DNA from: Acidimicrobiia bacterium
GTDB lineage: Bacteria > Actinomycetota > Acidimicrobiia > Acidimicrobiales > SHLQ01
Reading direction: 5' to 3'
Assembly (NCBI GenBank): GCA_033344795.1
Contig: JAWPMS010000001.1
Span: forward strand, 2,147,645 to 2,211,644
DNA length: 64,000 nt
Shown here: positions 53,383 to 63,150 of the stretch, in pieces
How positions within the stretch are numbered: the first letter of the stretch is position 1
Layout of the letters: every line of letters starts with the position of its first letter
The notes under the pieces: generated by a model
What the model saw: only the letters and a program-made list of their open reading frames with translations
Told to the model about the DNA's origin: nothing
The model's database searches: none
Made by a program: the position numbers and the translations under genes

Positions 53383-54690
53383 ATGCGACTCCTGACTGAA
53401 TCGCGTCTGGCCGAGTGGCTTCGAAGGCCGTTGGCGCAGTTTTCGGCGATCATGCTCTTCGGCCTTGTAGTCATCGGTAGCGGCACCGTCGTCGCCTCTG
53501 AGCGGGCTGGCCACAGCGAAGCACTCAGCGAAGCTCGGTCGCTGACGGAACAATCCGCTCGCAGCATCGTGCCCAACCTCACGGCAGAGTTGCTTGCCGG
53601 GGACCCCGACGCGCTCGACCGGCTCGACCGCGACGTTCGTGAGCATCTCCTCGGCGACCGTATGGTCCGGGTGAAACTCTGGGCCGCCGACGGCACGATC
53701 ATTTACTCCGATGTCCCCGACCTGATCGGCGAGGTGTACGACCTGGACCCCGCTCGTCTCGAGGCACAGGAGCGCGCCATCGCCGTTGCCGAAGTTGGCC
53801 ATCACGAAGGTCCCGAGAATCGATTCGAAACCAGTCTCGGCGAGCTGCTCGAGGTGTACCTGCCAATAGAAAGCCCCGACGGCGAGTCCGTCTTGTTCGA
53901 GACCTACTTCGACTCGCAGTCCATCGAACGCTCGAGCGAACGTATTGCAGCAACCGTGTTGCCGATCATCTTCCTCAGTCTCACGACCGTCGGGCTGCTC
54001 GCCCTGACGATGGCGCGACGCATGAACCGTCGCATGAACGCAGATCGAATTGAACGGGAACGACTCTTGGCTCGCGCTGCCGATGCATCATCCGATGAGC
54101 GTCGTCAGATCGCGGCCGACCTCCACGATGGGGTGATTCAAGACCTGACCGGCACAGCTCTGCTTCTGAACTCGGCGCAGGCGAAGGCGAAGGGTGATCC
54201 GAAACTCGCGGAGACGCTCGATGCCACATCACAGGCGCTTCGACAGAGTTTGACCTCACTGCGGACTCTGGCGATCGAGATTCATCCTCCCAATATCGCT
54301 TCTGCCAATCTGGAGCTCACTCTTGAGGATCAACTGAGCAAAGCAGAGGCAAGACACGGTCTGAAGACCACGATGGATTTCAGCCCGACGGTCGTCATTC
54401 GAGACGAACAGCAGAAGCGCTTCATCTACCGGTTCGTGATGGAAGGTCTGCGCAACGTCATCAAACACTCGAAGGCGACCTCGGTTGGCCTCTCGATTCG
54501 TGAGTCTGATCCGGAAGGGCTGGTCATCGAGCTTTCTGACGACGGTTCCGGATTCGACGAGCAAGCTCCGCGTACGGGCATGGGAATCCCGCTGCTGCAG
54601 GACCTGTCGGCTGACATCGGCGGAGTCGTCACGGTGACGGGAAGAAACGAACTCGGTGGGACGACGTTGGAGCTGGAGATCTCCGCATGA
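53383..54690 (+). CDS. sensor histidine kinase (HisKA_3 / NarX-DesK type)
   Basis: 435-aa ORF. TM-flanked sensor region, H-box RRQIAADLHDGVIQDL, HATPase_c. Confidence 0.85.
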   Translation: MRLLTESRLAEWLRRPLAQFSAIMLFGLVVIGSGTVVASERAGHSEALSEARSLTEQSARSIVPNLTAELLAGDPDALDRLDRDVREHLLGDRMVRVKLWAADGTIIYSDVPDLIGEVYDLDPARLEAQERAIAVAEVGHHEGPENRFETSLGELLEVYLPIESPDGESVLFETYFDSQSIERSSERIAATVLPIIFLSLTTVGLLALTMARRMNRRMNADRIERERLLARAADASSDERRQIAADLHDGVIQDLTGTALLLNSAQAKAKGDPKLAETLDATSQALRQSLTSLRTLAIEIHPPNIASANLELTLEDQLSKAEARHGLKTTMDFSPTVVIRDEQQKRFIYRFVMEGLRNVIKHSKATSVGLSIRESDPEGLVIELSDDGSGFDEQAPRTGMGIPLLQDLSADIGGVVTVTGRNELGGTTLELEISA

Positions 54691-55298
54691 TCCGCGTCGC
54701 GATTGCCGATGATCATCACCTCGTTCGTGCAGGACTGGAGGCCTTCTTCAGCGATATCGAAGACATCGAGCTCGTCGGTCTGGCCGTAGATGCCGACGAG
54801 GCCGCGCAGCTTGCACAAACGGAGCTCCCCGACGTCTTGTTGCTCGATCTCAACATGGGGGCCACGAGTGGCATAGAGGCTGCTCGCAGAATCCGGGCCC
54901 AGTCACCGGAGGTGGCGATGGTCGCCCTCACGGCACACCGTGAGGGCAAAGACGTTCGCGCATGCCTCGAGGCCGGCATGATCGGGTTCGTCGTCAAGGA
55001 TGCACCACCCGAAGACTTGTTGCGCGCGGTTCGAGACGCTGCGTCAGGGGCGTCGTTTCTCGACAGCGTTGCGGCGCGAACGCTGGTCGACGCGTTCGAA
55101 ACCTCCGTGTCGCTCAGTGACCGAGAGCTCGACGTGCTCCGGCTGCTCTCGTTCGGACTCACGAATCGCCAGATCTCCGATCGACTCCAAATCGCCGAGA
55201 AGACGGTGAAAGCTCACCTGACGAGCGTGTATGCACAACTCGGCGTCGGCGATCGGACCGGAGCTGCGCTCTGGGCCAGGGACAACATCGCGTCCTAG
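54687..55298 (+). CDS. NarL/LuxR-family response regulator
   Basis: 203-aa ORF. Receiver IRVAIADDHHLVR…LLDLNM, C-terminal HTH LSDRELDVLRLLSFGLTNRQISDRLQIAEKTVKAHL. ATGA overlap with the kinase gene. Confidence 0.9.
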   Translation: MIRVAIADDHHLVRAGLEAFFSDIEDIELVGLAVDADEAAQLAQTELPDVLLLDLNMGATSGIEAARRIRAQSPEVAMVALTAHREGKDVRACLEAGMIGFVVKDAPPEDLLRAVRDAASGASFLDSVAARTLVDAFETSVSLSDRELDVLRLLSFGLTNRQISDRLQIAEKTVKAHLTSVYAQLGVGDRTGAALWARDNIAS

Positions 55299-55329
55299 GC
55301 GTCGTGCGTTCAGGCCGGCGTGTCCCTCC

Positions 55330-55355
55330 GGACATAGGTCTTAAGACCTATGTCC
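55330..55355. other. 26-bp perfect palindrome GGACATAGGTCTT/AAGACCTATGTCC
   Basis: Read from sequence, in the convergent gap between the response-regulator gene and coxE. AT-richer than its surroundings. Confidence 0.8.
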
Positions 55356-55519
55356 CATTGTGATTCGGTCAAACGATGAGCAAGATGTGGATATAACGAT
55401 CGTTCGCCCGCAACGATCGCGCAAAGCATCCGGACGATCCCGCCCGCTCGTCCGGATCGCTTCGCGTTTTGGCGGCATCGCGTTATTGGCGGTGTTGCGT
55501 TTTTGGTCAGATGGGACCG

Positions 55520-56737
55520 CTACGTCGCAGATGATGAGCCGAGCGCGAGGAGGACCTCGCGCATCGCCCGGAGGCTGTGCCCAGACAGCATGGTGGTGCA
55601 GTGGGGTAGGGCAGCGGCCATTCCGCCGACGAGCGGTTCGAAGTCGTCGACGGCTGCACGTGGATTGACCCACACGATTCGATGGGTGAGCCTGGCCAAG
55701 CGAGCCATGGCCCGATCGAGATCTTCGGGATCGTCGGTGTCCCAGCCGTCTGACGCGATCAATACGACTGCGCCACGCACGCTTGTCGACCAGGTCGGGT
55801 GTGCCATCAGTGTCTTGACGCTCGTAGCGATCTTCGTGCCAGAGAACCGGTCGTCCACCAGCTCGGACGCTGCCGTGATAGCGATCTGTGGGTCTTGGTG
55901 ACGCAACGCCGGGGTGATTCGCGTCAACGTTGTGGAGAAGGCGAGTGTCTCAGCGTCGACATGTCGAGTCAACGCTCTCATCACGTGCATGTACGGCCGG
56001 ACGAACGTCTGCATCGACCCGGAAACGTCCGCGAGCATCAGCACCTTGCGCGGGCGCCTCATCTGTCGGTGCCAGACCAGCTCTACGGGATCGCCGCCAG
56101 TGCGGCGAGCTGCAGAAAGCGTGCGTCGGCGATCGAGCTGTGTTCCGTTCGTGCTCCGACGAGTTCGACGCACCCGCCGCGTGGGCCACGACACCACCGC
56201 CTGCTCCAACCATGAACCGATCTCGGCAAGCTCGACGTCGCTGAGCTGATCGAAGGGGGTGTCAGCAATGGTGGCCAACTCGGACGGCAGAAGTTCGGGC
56301 AGGATGATGTCGTCTTCATCTTCTGGGCTCTGCGCGTCGTCGGGGGCCGCCGATGGGGCGCTCGACCACGGCACGCCGCCCGAACCATCCGCGACCTGGT
56401 TGCGTGCTGCGAGCTTCACCTGCTGTTCTGAGGCCAGAGCAGGCGGCTGGTGTTTGTTCGATTTCCGTGCGTTCCGGCCCACGTCGAGCGCTCCGCCCTC
56501 GAACACCACGTCGAACACTCTGTCGAAGAGCTCGATCATGCGAACGTCCTGGACCAAAGTCACGCGACAGAGCCAGTAGAGCTCGGTGCGAGCGGTGGGT
56601 TTCACCGCGTCAAGTGCTTTGGCTAGACGCTCGGCCGAGTGGATTGAGACAGGCAAGCCAGCGTGTCGTAGCCGGTCGACGAACGCAGCGCTGAATATCG
56701 CCTTGTCGATGCCATCGAGTAGGACGCTGGAACTCAT
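55520..56737 (-). CDS. coxE: VWA-domain protein CoxE-like
   Basis: ORF 55520..56812. ATG 56737. MIDAS segment VLMLADVSGSM. Sits in the cox accessory position after coxD. Confidence 0.7.
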   Translation of the reverse strand: MSSSVLLDGIDKAIFSAAFVDRLRHAGLPVSIHSAERLAKALDAVKPTARTELYWLCRVTLVQDVRMIELFDRVFDVVFEGGALDVGRNARKSNKHQPPALASEQQVKLAARNQVADGSGGVPWSSAPSAAPDDAQSPEDEDDIILPELLPSELATIADTPFDQLSDVELAEIGSWLEQAVVSWPTRRVRRTRRSTNGTQLDRRRTLSAARRTGGDPVELVWHRQMRRPRKVLMLADVSGSMQTFVRPYMHVMRALTRHVDAETLAFSTTLTRITPALRHQDPQIAITAASELVDDRFSGTKIATSVKTLMAHPTWSTSVRGAVVLIASDGWDTDDPEDLDRAMARLARLTHRIVWVNPRAAVDDFEPLVGGMAAALPHCTTMLSGHSLRAMREVLLALGSSSAT

Positions 56738-56872
56738 GGGAGGTCCCGCACTACTTGTCTCGGTACCTGCGAACCCATGACGAGATCGCCCATAACACGC
56801 TTCCACCCGCAAAGACCGAGTATTCCACTGCGATCAGGACCTCGTGATGGGCCAGGATCGCCGGGCTGAAAC

Positions 56873-57742
56873 TCACGTGCTCGCCGCTTCGGCTAGAGCG
56901 CTTCGGACCTGGATCAAGTCGTCGGGGGTTTTGGCCAACATGCCGAGCGTGCGTTCGGCGGTCTGGTCGATGGTCGATACGCCGAGTACCGACAGCGCGC
57001 TGACCCAGTCGATCGTCTCAGCCAAGCCTGGCGGCTTGTCGAGGTCGTGACCACGGACGCGGCCGACAAAAGCGGTTGCCGCTTCGACGAGGTTCTCGTC
57101 GGCGTGGGCCACATTGCGGCGTACGATTTCGGCCGCACGAGCAGTCTCTGGATAATCGATCCAGTGATAGAGACAACGCCTCTTCAATGCGTCGTGGAGT
57201 TCACGGCTTCGATTCGATGTGAGGACCACCACCGGCTTCGTCGCCGCGTGAATCGTTCCCAGCTCGGGAACCGTGACGGACTGTTCGCCGAGAAACTCGA
57301 ACAGCAGCGCTTCGAACTCGTCATCCGCGCGGTCGACCTCGTCGATGAGAACAACGGGCGGTACAGGACCCTGGTGACGAACGGCGGCCAGGAGCGGCCG
57401 TTCGACGAGGAAATCGGTGGTGAACAGATCTGCATCGGAAAGGCGCGTGCCGTCCGCTTCGGAAAGGCGAATCGAGAGGAGCTGTCTTGGGTAGTTCCAC
57501 TCGTACAACGCCTCGTTGGCAGCGATGCCTTCGTAACACTGCAGTCGAAGGAGTGTCGTCTCGAGTACGGCTGCCATTGCCTTGGCAGCGGTCGTCTTGC
57601 CGACGCCCGGTTCCCCTTCGAGCAGGAGCGGCTGACCAAGGGCTTGTGCGAGGAACAACGCGGTGGCAAGACCCTCGTCGACGATGTATGCCTGGGAGTC
57701 GAGCGCTCGTTGCAGACCGTCGACCGAATCGAACTGGCTCAT
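56873..57742 (-). CDS. coxD: MoxR-type AAA+ ATPase CoxD-like
   Basis: ORF 56873..58114. ATG 57742 overlaps the upstream stop (ATGA). Walker A GEPGVGKT, Walker B VVLIDEVDR. Confidence 0.75.
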   Translation of the reverse strand: MSQFDSVDGLQRALDSQAYIVDEGLATALFLAQALGQPLLLEGEPGVGKTTAAKAMAAVLETTLLRLQCYEGIAANEALYEWNYPRQLLSIRLSEADGTRLSDADLFTTDFLVERPLLAAVRHQGPVPPVVLIDEVDRADDEFEALLFEFLGEQSVTVPELGTIHAATKPVVVLTSNRSRELHDALKRRCLYHWIDYPETARAAEIVRRNVAHADENLVEAATAFVGRVRGHDLDKPPGLAETIDWVSALSVLGVSTIDQTAERTLGMLAKTPDDLIQVRSALAEAAST

Positions 57743-58344
57743 GAGGAGGCTTTCTCTCGTTGCAGGAGGTTTTCGTAGTCGTCCCAGGTGTCGACATCGA
57801 GGGGAATCGTCCCCGCGACGCGAACCTCGGTGACTTGGTACTCGTCCGACTCGATCAGTTTCCACACAGCCTTGTCGCCATGGAGCTGTGCGAGGTCTTC
57901 GAAAACCTCGCGTCCGAACCAAAACGGATGACCGATGCCATCGTCGTAACGAGTGACGGCCAGGGCTGCGGTGGGGCCGTCGACCGGCGCGGCGACGTTC
58001 ACCATCTCCTCGATGGCGTGCACGCGTATGTCCGGTTGGTCTCCTAGCAGCATCACGACGCCAACTGCGGTCTCCGCAACCTGAGCCAAAGCCGAAACGA
58101 TCGACGACGAACAACCCTGTGTGTGGTGGACGGCGTCTACGACCTCGAAGCCTGACAGCTCAACCTCTTTGTGCACCTCTGCGGCCGCTCCACCTGTGGT
58201 CAACAGTCGTTGATCGAACGGTGCGGCTCTCGCGACCTCGAGTGTGGCATCGAGCAGCGTGCGCCCCTTGTACGGCAATAGCTGTTTGGGTTGGCCCAGG
58301 CGTCTCGACGATCCAGCTGCCAGAACGAGTCCGGTGATCGTCAT
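57739..58344 (-). CDS. MobA-like NTP transferase (molybdenum cofactor cytidylyltransferase, MocA-like)
   Basis: ORF 57739..58380. ATG 58344 overlaps the upstream stop (ATGA). GLVLAAGSSRRLGQPKQLL. Confidence 0.75.
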   Translation of the reverse strand: MTITGLVLAAGSSRRLGQPKQLLPYKGRTLLDATLEVARAAPFDQRLLTTGGAAAEVHKEVELSGFEVVDAVHHTQGCSSSIVSALAQVAETAVGVVMLLGDQPDIRVHAIEEMVNVAAPVDGPTAALAVTRYDDGIGHPFWFGREVFEDLAQLHGDKAVWKLIESDEYQVTEVRVAGTIPLDVDTWDDYENLLQREKASS

Positions 58345-59240
58345 GCGATGGCGAGTTCTTCGCTGTGCCGAGTTCGACAACCCACGTTGCAGTACCAGTG
58401 ATCCGCGCCGTCGTGATGCAGGTGCGGGGTGTCATCCCCGACGACGACGGTCATGCCGCAGATGGGGTCGATGGCTTCGACGGGTGCCGCTGGCGCTTGG
58501 GTCTTGGGCGCCGTGAGTCCGTCGACACGCACGGCCTGGGTGACTTCGGCGAGGACCGACAGTGCAACCTCTTCGGCTGTGCGTGCTCCGATATCGAGAC
58601 CGACGGGTGAATGGATGACCGCACGCGCGCTTGGGTCGACATCGAGCGAGTCGATCACGGCTGTGCCGCGAACGCTGCTGGCAACCAACCCGATGAAACC
58701 CACCTCTGCATCCAGCGCTGCCCGAATGGTCTCTTCTTCGTGTCGGCCGTGGCTCGAGATGAGCACGGCAAGAGATCCGCTCGCATCTGGCACACCGTTG
58801 GGGACGTGATCGACGCGATACCCAAGCAGGGTCCCGAAGTGGGCCAGCGCCTCGGCGATCGGTGTGTTTCCGACGATCGACAATTGCGCGGCAGGAAGCT
58901 TTGGTTCCAGGAACACTTCGATTGCGCCGCCCGACAAACACGGGTTCACGACGGCTTGTGCTCCGGGACGATCTGGAAACGACTCGCCACCTTCGGGTAA
59001 CACCCGAAGGAGCAGCGCTTCATCGGACTCGAGCACGTTGAGAGCCGCGAGTTTGACCGATCCCTCGGCGCACTGACCGCCGACGAAACCTTCCACCGAA
59101 CCATCCGACTGGATGATCGCCGCGTCGCCCGGCCGAGCTGATGTGGGCATCTCGGCTCGGACGACGGTGGCGAGCACGAACGGGACGCGCTTCTCGACGA
59201 GTTCAGCCACACGTGTGGCCATTCGTCGCGAAGCGGTCAT
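58341..59240 (-). CDS. XdhC/CoxI-family Mo-cofactor insertion chaperone fused to a C-terminal TRASH/YHS metal-binding domain
   Basis: 299-aa ORF. XdhC N-domain FVLATVVRAEMPTSARPGD…GGQCAE and Rossmann-like middle region. C-terminus ICGMTVVVGDDTPHLHHDGADHWYCNVGC equals C-X22-C-X3-C. Confidence 0.75.
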   Translation of the reverse strand: MTASRRMATRVAELVEKRVPFVLATVVRAEMPTSARPGDAAIIQSDGSVEGFVGGQCAEGSVKLAALNVLESDEALLLRVLPEGGESFPDRPGAQAVVNPCLSGGAIEVFLEPKLPAAQLSIVGNTPIAEALAHFGTLLGYRVDHVPNGVPDASGSLAVLISSHGRHEEETIRAALDAEVGFIGLVASSVRGTAVIDSLDVDPSARAVIHSPVGLDIGARTAEEVALSVLAEVTQAVRVDGLTAPKTQAPAAPVEAIDPICGMTVVVGDDTPHLHHDGADHWYCNVGCRTRHSEELAIA

Positions 59241-59297
59241 GTTCGTGTCTCCTGTGCTCGTCGCCTACAACACAATTTATACTCATCCCAGTGTTGT

Positions 59298-61688
59298 CTA
59301 GATGGGCGGGGTTGCGTTGCCCTGCATGGCCTCCCAGACCCGCGAGGGCGTGAGCGGCATGTCTGCGTGGCGGACGCCGAATGGCTTGAGCGCATCGACG
59401 ACAGCGTTGACGACCGCTGGTGGCGATCCAACGGTGGCCGACTCTCCGATGCCCTTGGCGCCGATTGGGTGGTGCGGTGACGGAGTGACCGTGTGACCGG
59501 TCTCCCAATCGGGTGTTTCCATCGCTGTCGGAATGAGGTAATCCATCAGCGAACCGCCGAGGCAGTTGCCGTCTTCGTCGAAAGCGATCATTTCCATGAG
59601 CGCCATACCGACTCCGTCAGCGAGGCCACCATGTACCTGGCCCTCGATGATCAGCGGATTGATCTGGGTACCGCAGTCGTCCACGGCAACGAAACGCCGG
59701 ACCTTGACCTCGGCCGTGCCTGGGTCGATGTCGACGACGCAGATGTAGGCGCCGAATGGATAGGTGAGGTTCGATGGGTTGTAGCAGATCTGGGCATCGA
59801 GACCACCCTCGATTCCCTCGGGAAGATCGCCAGCACCGTGTGCTCGCATGGCGATGTCTTGGATCGTGACCGATTTGGCCGGGTCACCCTTCACGCTGAA
59901 GGAGCCCTTGTCCCATTGGAGGTCGGTGACCGAAACTTCGAGCATGCCCGAGGCGATGATCTGGGCTTTGTCGACGACCTTGCGTGCGACGAGCGCAGCT
60001 GCTGCGCCCGAGACCGGCGTCGAACGCGACCCGTACGTTCCAAGACCGAACGGCGTGTTGTCCGTGTCTCCGTGGACGACGTCGATGTCCTCGGGCGGAA
60101 TTCCCGTCTCCTCTGCGATGATCTGCGCAAAGGTCGTCTCATGGCCTTGACCTTGCGTCTTCACCGATAGCCGGACGACCGCTTTACCCGTGGGGTGGAT
60201 GCGAAGCTCGCAACCGTCGGCCATACCGAGACCCAAGATGTCCATGTCCTTGCGAGGACCAGCACCCACGGCTTCGGTGAAGAACGAGATGCCGATACCC
60301 ATGAGCTCGCCACGTTCGCGCTTTTCGGCTTGCTCCTTGCGAAGCTCGTCGTAGCCAGCCATCTCCATGGCAAGACGCATCGTGGGCTCATAGTCGCCCG
60401 AGTCGTAGACCCAACCGGTCTTGGACTCGTAGGGGAACTGCTCAGGTTGGATGAAGTTCTTGATTCGGAGTTCCGCTGGATCCATGTCGAGCTCGTAAGC
60501 CAAACAGTCGACGAGACGCTCCACCATGTAAACCGCTTCGGTGATCCTGAACGAACAGGCATACGCGACGCCACCAGGCGCCTTGTTTGTGTACACGGCC
60601 TCCATGTCGGAGAACGCAGCGTCCAAGTCATAACTTCCGGTGAAGACGCCAAAGAATCCAGCGGGGTACTTCACCGGTGCTGCGGTGCCGTTGAATGCGC
60701 CGTGGTCAGCGAGCACGTGGCCGCCAACGGCGAGGATCTTGCCTTCCTTGGTGGCGCAGATCTTGCCCTCCATGACGTAGTCGCGGGCAAATCCGGTCGA
60801 GACCAGATTCTCGGTGCGGTCTTCCATCCACTTCACGGGACGGCCGATCAGCAGCGACGCAACGATCGCGCAGACGTAACCCGGGTAGATCGGCACCTTG
60901 TTGCCGAAGCCACCACCGATGTCTGGCGCGATGACCCGAATCTTGTGTTCGGGCAGTCCGGCTACCAACGCGTACACCGTGCGGTGCGCGTGTGGCGCCT
61001 GAGTAGTGCTCCACAACGTGAGCTTGCCCGACACGGGGTCGAGGTCTGCGACTGCTCCGCACGTCTCCATTGGAGCGGGGTGCACGCGTGGGTAGATGAT
61101 CTCCTGTTCGACTTTGACGTCGGCGCTTTCCCAGACAGCGTCAAACTCGGCGCGGTCTCCGGCTTCCCAGTCGAAGACGTGGTTGTCGGTCTTGCCATCG
61201 AGGTCGTTTCGAATAACACCGGTTTCGGCGTCCATCGACTTGCGAACATCGACCACGGGGTCGAGGAAGTCGTATTCGACATCGATCAGCTCGAGAGCAT
61301 CTCGCGCTGAGTACTTGTCCTCGGCGACGACAAAGGCGACCTCTTGATGTTGGAATCGAACCTTGTCGGTCGCAAGCACCGCTTGCACATCGTTCGACAA
61401 GGTCGGCATCCACGCGAGGCCATGTTCCGCGAGGTCGGCGCCCGTAACGACGGCGACGACCTTGGGGTGTGCCTCAGCAGCGCTCTTGTCGATGTTGACG
61501 ATCGTGCCGTGGGCGATAGGGGATCGCAAGATGGCGAGATGCAACATGTTTGGCAGCACGACATCGTCCACAAATTGACCCTTGCCCCGGACGAGGCGGG
61601 CGTCTTCCTTGCGGAGCATCTTGCCGAAGCCAATTGGGTTGCCCTCGGGTGAAAGGCCCTCTGCTTGTGGTTCATCTGTCACGGTCAT
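59298..61688 (-). CDS. coxL: aerobic carbon monoxide dehydrogenase large (Mo-Cu) subunit, form I signature
   Basis: ORF 59298..61733. ATG 61688 overlaps the coxS stop. Active-site loop VAYACSFR (60546-60566) fits the form I consensus AYXCSFR, not the form II AYRGAGR. Confidence 0.85.
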   Translation of the reverse strand: MTVTDEPQAEGLSPEGNPIGFGKMLRKEDARLVRGKGQFVDDVVLPNMLHLAILRSPIAHGTIVNIDKSAAEAHPKVVAVVTGADLAEHGLAWMPTLSNDVQAVLATDKVRFQHQEVAFVVAEDKYSARDALELIDVEYDFLDPVVDVRKSMDAETGVIRNDLDGKTDNHVFDWEAGDRAEFDAVWESADVKVEQEIIYPRVHPAPMETCGAVADLDPVSGKLTLWSTTQAPHAHRTVYALVAGLPEHKIRVIAPDIGGGFGNKVPIYPGYVCAIVASLLIGRPVKWMEDRTENLVSTGFARDYVMEGKICATKEGKILAVGGHVLADHGAFNGTAAPVKYPAGFFGVFTGSYDLDAAFSDMEAVYTNKAPGGVAYACSFRITEAVYMVERLVDCLAYELDMDPAELRIKNFIQPEQFPYESKTGWVYDSGDYEPTMRLAMEMAGYDELRKEQAEKRERGELMGIGISFFTEAVGAGPRKDMDILGLGMADGCELRIHPTGKAVVRLSVKTQGQGHETTFAQIIAEETGIPPEDIDVVHGDTDNTPFGLGTYGSRSTPVSGAAAALVARKVVDKAQIIASGMLEVSVTDLQWDKGSFSVKGDPAKSVTIQDIAMRAHGAGDLPEGIEGGLDAQICYNPSNLTYPFGAYICVVDIDPGTAEVKVRRFVAVDDCGTQINPLIIEGQVHGGLADGVGMALMEMIAFDEDGNCLGGSLMDYLIPTAMETPDWETGHTVTPSPHHPIGAKGIGESATVGSPPAVVNAVVDALKPFGVRHADMPLTPSRVWEAMQGNATPPI

Positions 61689-62170
61689 GATGAGGCTCCT
61701 ACGGAAACGGCGTTCTCGGCGTTGGCGGCCCATTGGATCGAGCGAACGATCATGGAATACCCGGTACAGCGGCAGATCTGACCACTGATTGCTTCTCGGA
61801 TCTCTTCTTCGGAAGGGTCAGGATTCTTGTCGAGCAAGGCCCGTGAGGTCATGAGCATGCCAGGGGTACAGAACCCGCACTGGAGGCCGTGCTCTTGGAT
61901 GAAACCCTGCTGGACGGGGTCGAGGACGCCGCCCTGTTCGAGGTCTTCGACGGTGCGGACACGATGGCCCTCGGCCATCGCTGCGAGCACGGTGCAGCTC
62001 TTTACTGGCTCTTCGTCCATCCACACGACACACGTGCCGCAGTTGGAGGTATCGCAGCCCCAGTGGGTGCCGGTGAGCCCGAGCGAGTCACGAATGAAGT
62101 GCACGAGGAGCAAGCGCCCCTCGATTTCCTTCGTCTGGTCGGTTCCGTTGACGTTGATCGTTACTTCCAT
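61685..62170 (-). CDS. coxS: CO dehydrogenase small [2Fe-2S] subunit
   Basis: ORF 61685..62311. ATG 62170. Cys motifs GCDTSNCGTCVV and CGFCTPG. Confidence 0.85.
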   Translation of the reverse strand: MEVTINVNGTDQTKEIEGRLLLVHFIRDSLGLTGTHWGCDTSNCGTCVVWMDEEPVKSCTVLAAMAEGHRVRTVEDLEQGGVLDPVQQGFIQEHGLQCGFCTPGMLMTSRALLDKNPDPSEEEIREAISGQICRCTGYSMIVRSIQWAANAENAVSVGASS

Positions 62171-62171
62171 T

Positions 62172-63050
62172 TCAGGCCTCCTGACCGGTTGCTCGGGCCA
62201 CGGCGGTGCGCAGCGATCGTTGAGTGAGTTCATTCGCGAGATGCTTCTTGTATTCGGCGCTTCCCCGCATATCGGTGTCGGGTTCGCAGTTGGCGGCGCA
62301 GACCGCACCAACCTGGGCGTACAGCTCCTCCGATGGAGTGGCTCCCCGAAGCAGATCTTGTGCTTCGGTAATCGTGGTGGTGTTCGGCCCTACCGCAGCG
62401 AGACCGACGCGACCTTCGGCGATGAGTGGCCCGTCCATCCAGACCGCCGCACCCGCAGACACGACAGCCCAGTCGCCGGCGCGACGTTCGACCTTGTTGT
62501 AGGCGCTGCTGCCGTTGGGTCGGATCGGGATCCGGACCTCGGTCAACATCTCGGCATCTCCCACGTTGGTTTCATAGGGGCCCTCGTGGAAGTCGTGCAT
62601 GGACACGATTCGTTCGCCGCCTGAACCCTTGATGACACACATGGCGTCCAGTGCGGAGCACACGGCGGAGAGGTCTTCTGAAGGGTCGGCCTGACAGAGG
62701 GAACCGCCGATGGTTCCCCGATTTCGCACGACTGGATCTGCGATGACTTTCTCCGCATCACGGAACATGGGGAAGTGTGCGGCGAGCTCGTCACTTTCGA
62801 GGAGCTGTTGGTGTCGGGTCATCGCACCGATGTGGAGATTGTCGCCCTCGACTCGGATGTATCCGAGTTCGGCGTGGAGATCATTGATGTCGATGATGTA
62901 CTCGGGATTTGCAAGCCGTAGTCGCATCATGGGGATCAGACTGTGACCCCCAGCGACGAGGCGAGCCTCGGAGCCGAGGCGTTCGAGCAGCCCAATGGCG
63001 TGGTCGACACTTGTGGCCCGTTCATATTCGAACGGCGCGGGAACTTGCAT
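62172..63050 (-). CDS. coxM: CO dehydrogenase medium FAD-binding subunit
   Basis: ORF 62172..63110. ATG 63050 (MQVPAPFEYERATS). FAD-binding LVAGGHSLIPMMRLR. Confidence 0.85.
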   Translation of the reverse strand: MQVPAPFEYERATSVDHAIGLLERLGSEARLVAGGHSLIPMMRLRLANPEYIIDINDLHAELGYIRVEGDNLHIGAMTRHQQLLESDELAAHFPMFRDAEKVIADPVVRNRGTIGGSLCQADPSEDLSAVCSALDAMCVIKGSGGERIVSMHDFHEGPYETNVGDAEMLTEVRIPIRPNGSSAYNKVERRAGDWAVVSAGAAVWMDGPLIAEGRVGLAAVGPNTTTITEAQDLLRGATPSEELYAQVGAVCAANCEPDTDMRGSAEYKKHLANELTQRSLRTAVARATGQEA

Positions 63051-63104
63051 GGCGGGACCCCCTGGATGATGCGAAAGACCACCCTCCCAATCGCGAGCCT
63101 CGCG

Positions 63105-63135
63105 CGTCAACGTGACTTAAGCATGGCCTTAATTG
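63105..63135. promoter_or_regulatory. 31-bp motif CGTCAACG-T-GACTTAAG-N6-CTTAATTG upstream of coxM
   Basis: Near-identical copy at 63905-63935 upstream of coxG (CGTCAACG-C-GACTTAAG-N6-CTTAAGTC). Confidence 0.55.
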
Positions 63136-63150
63136 AGTGTGCGGGCCGGT

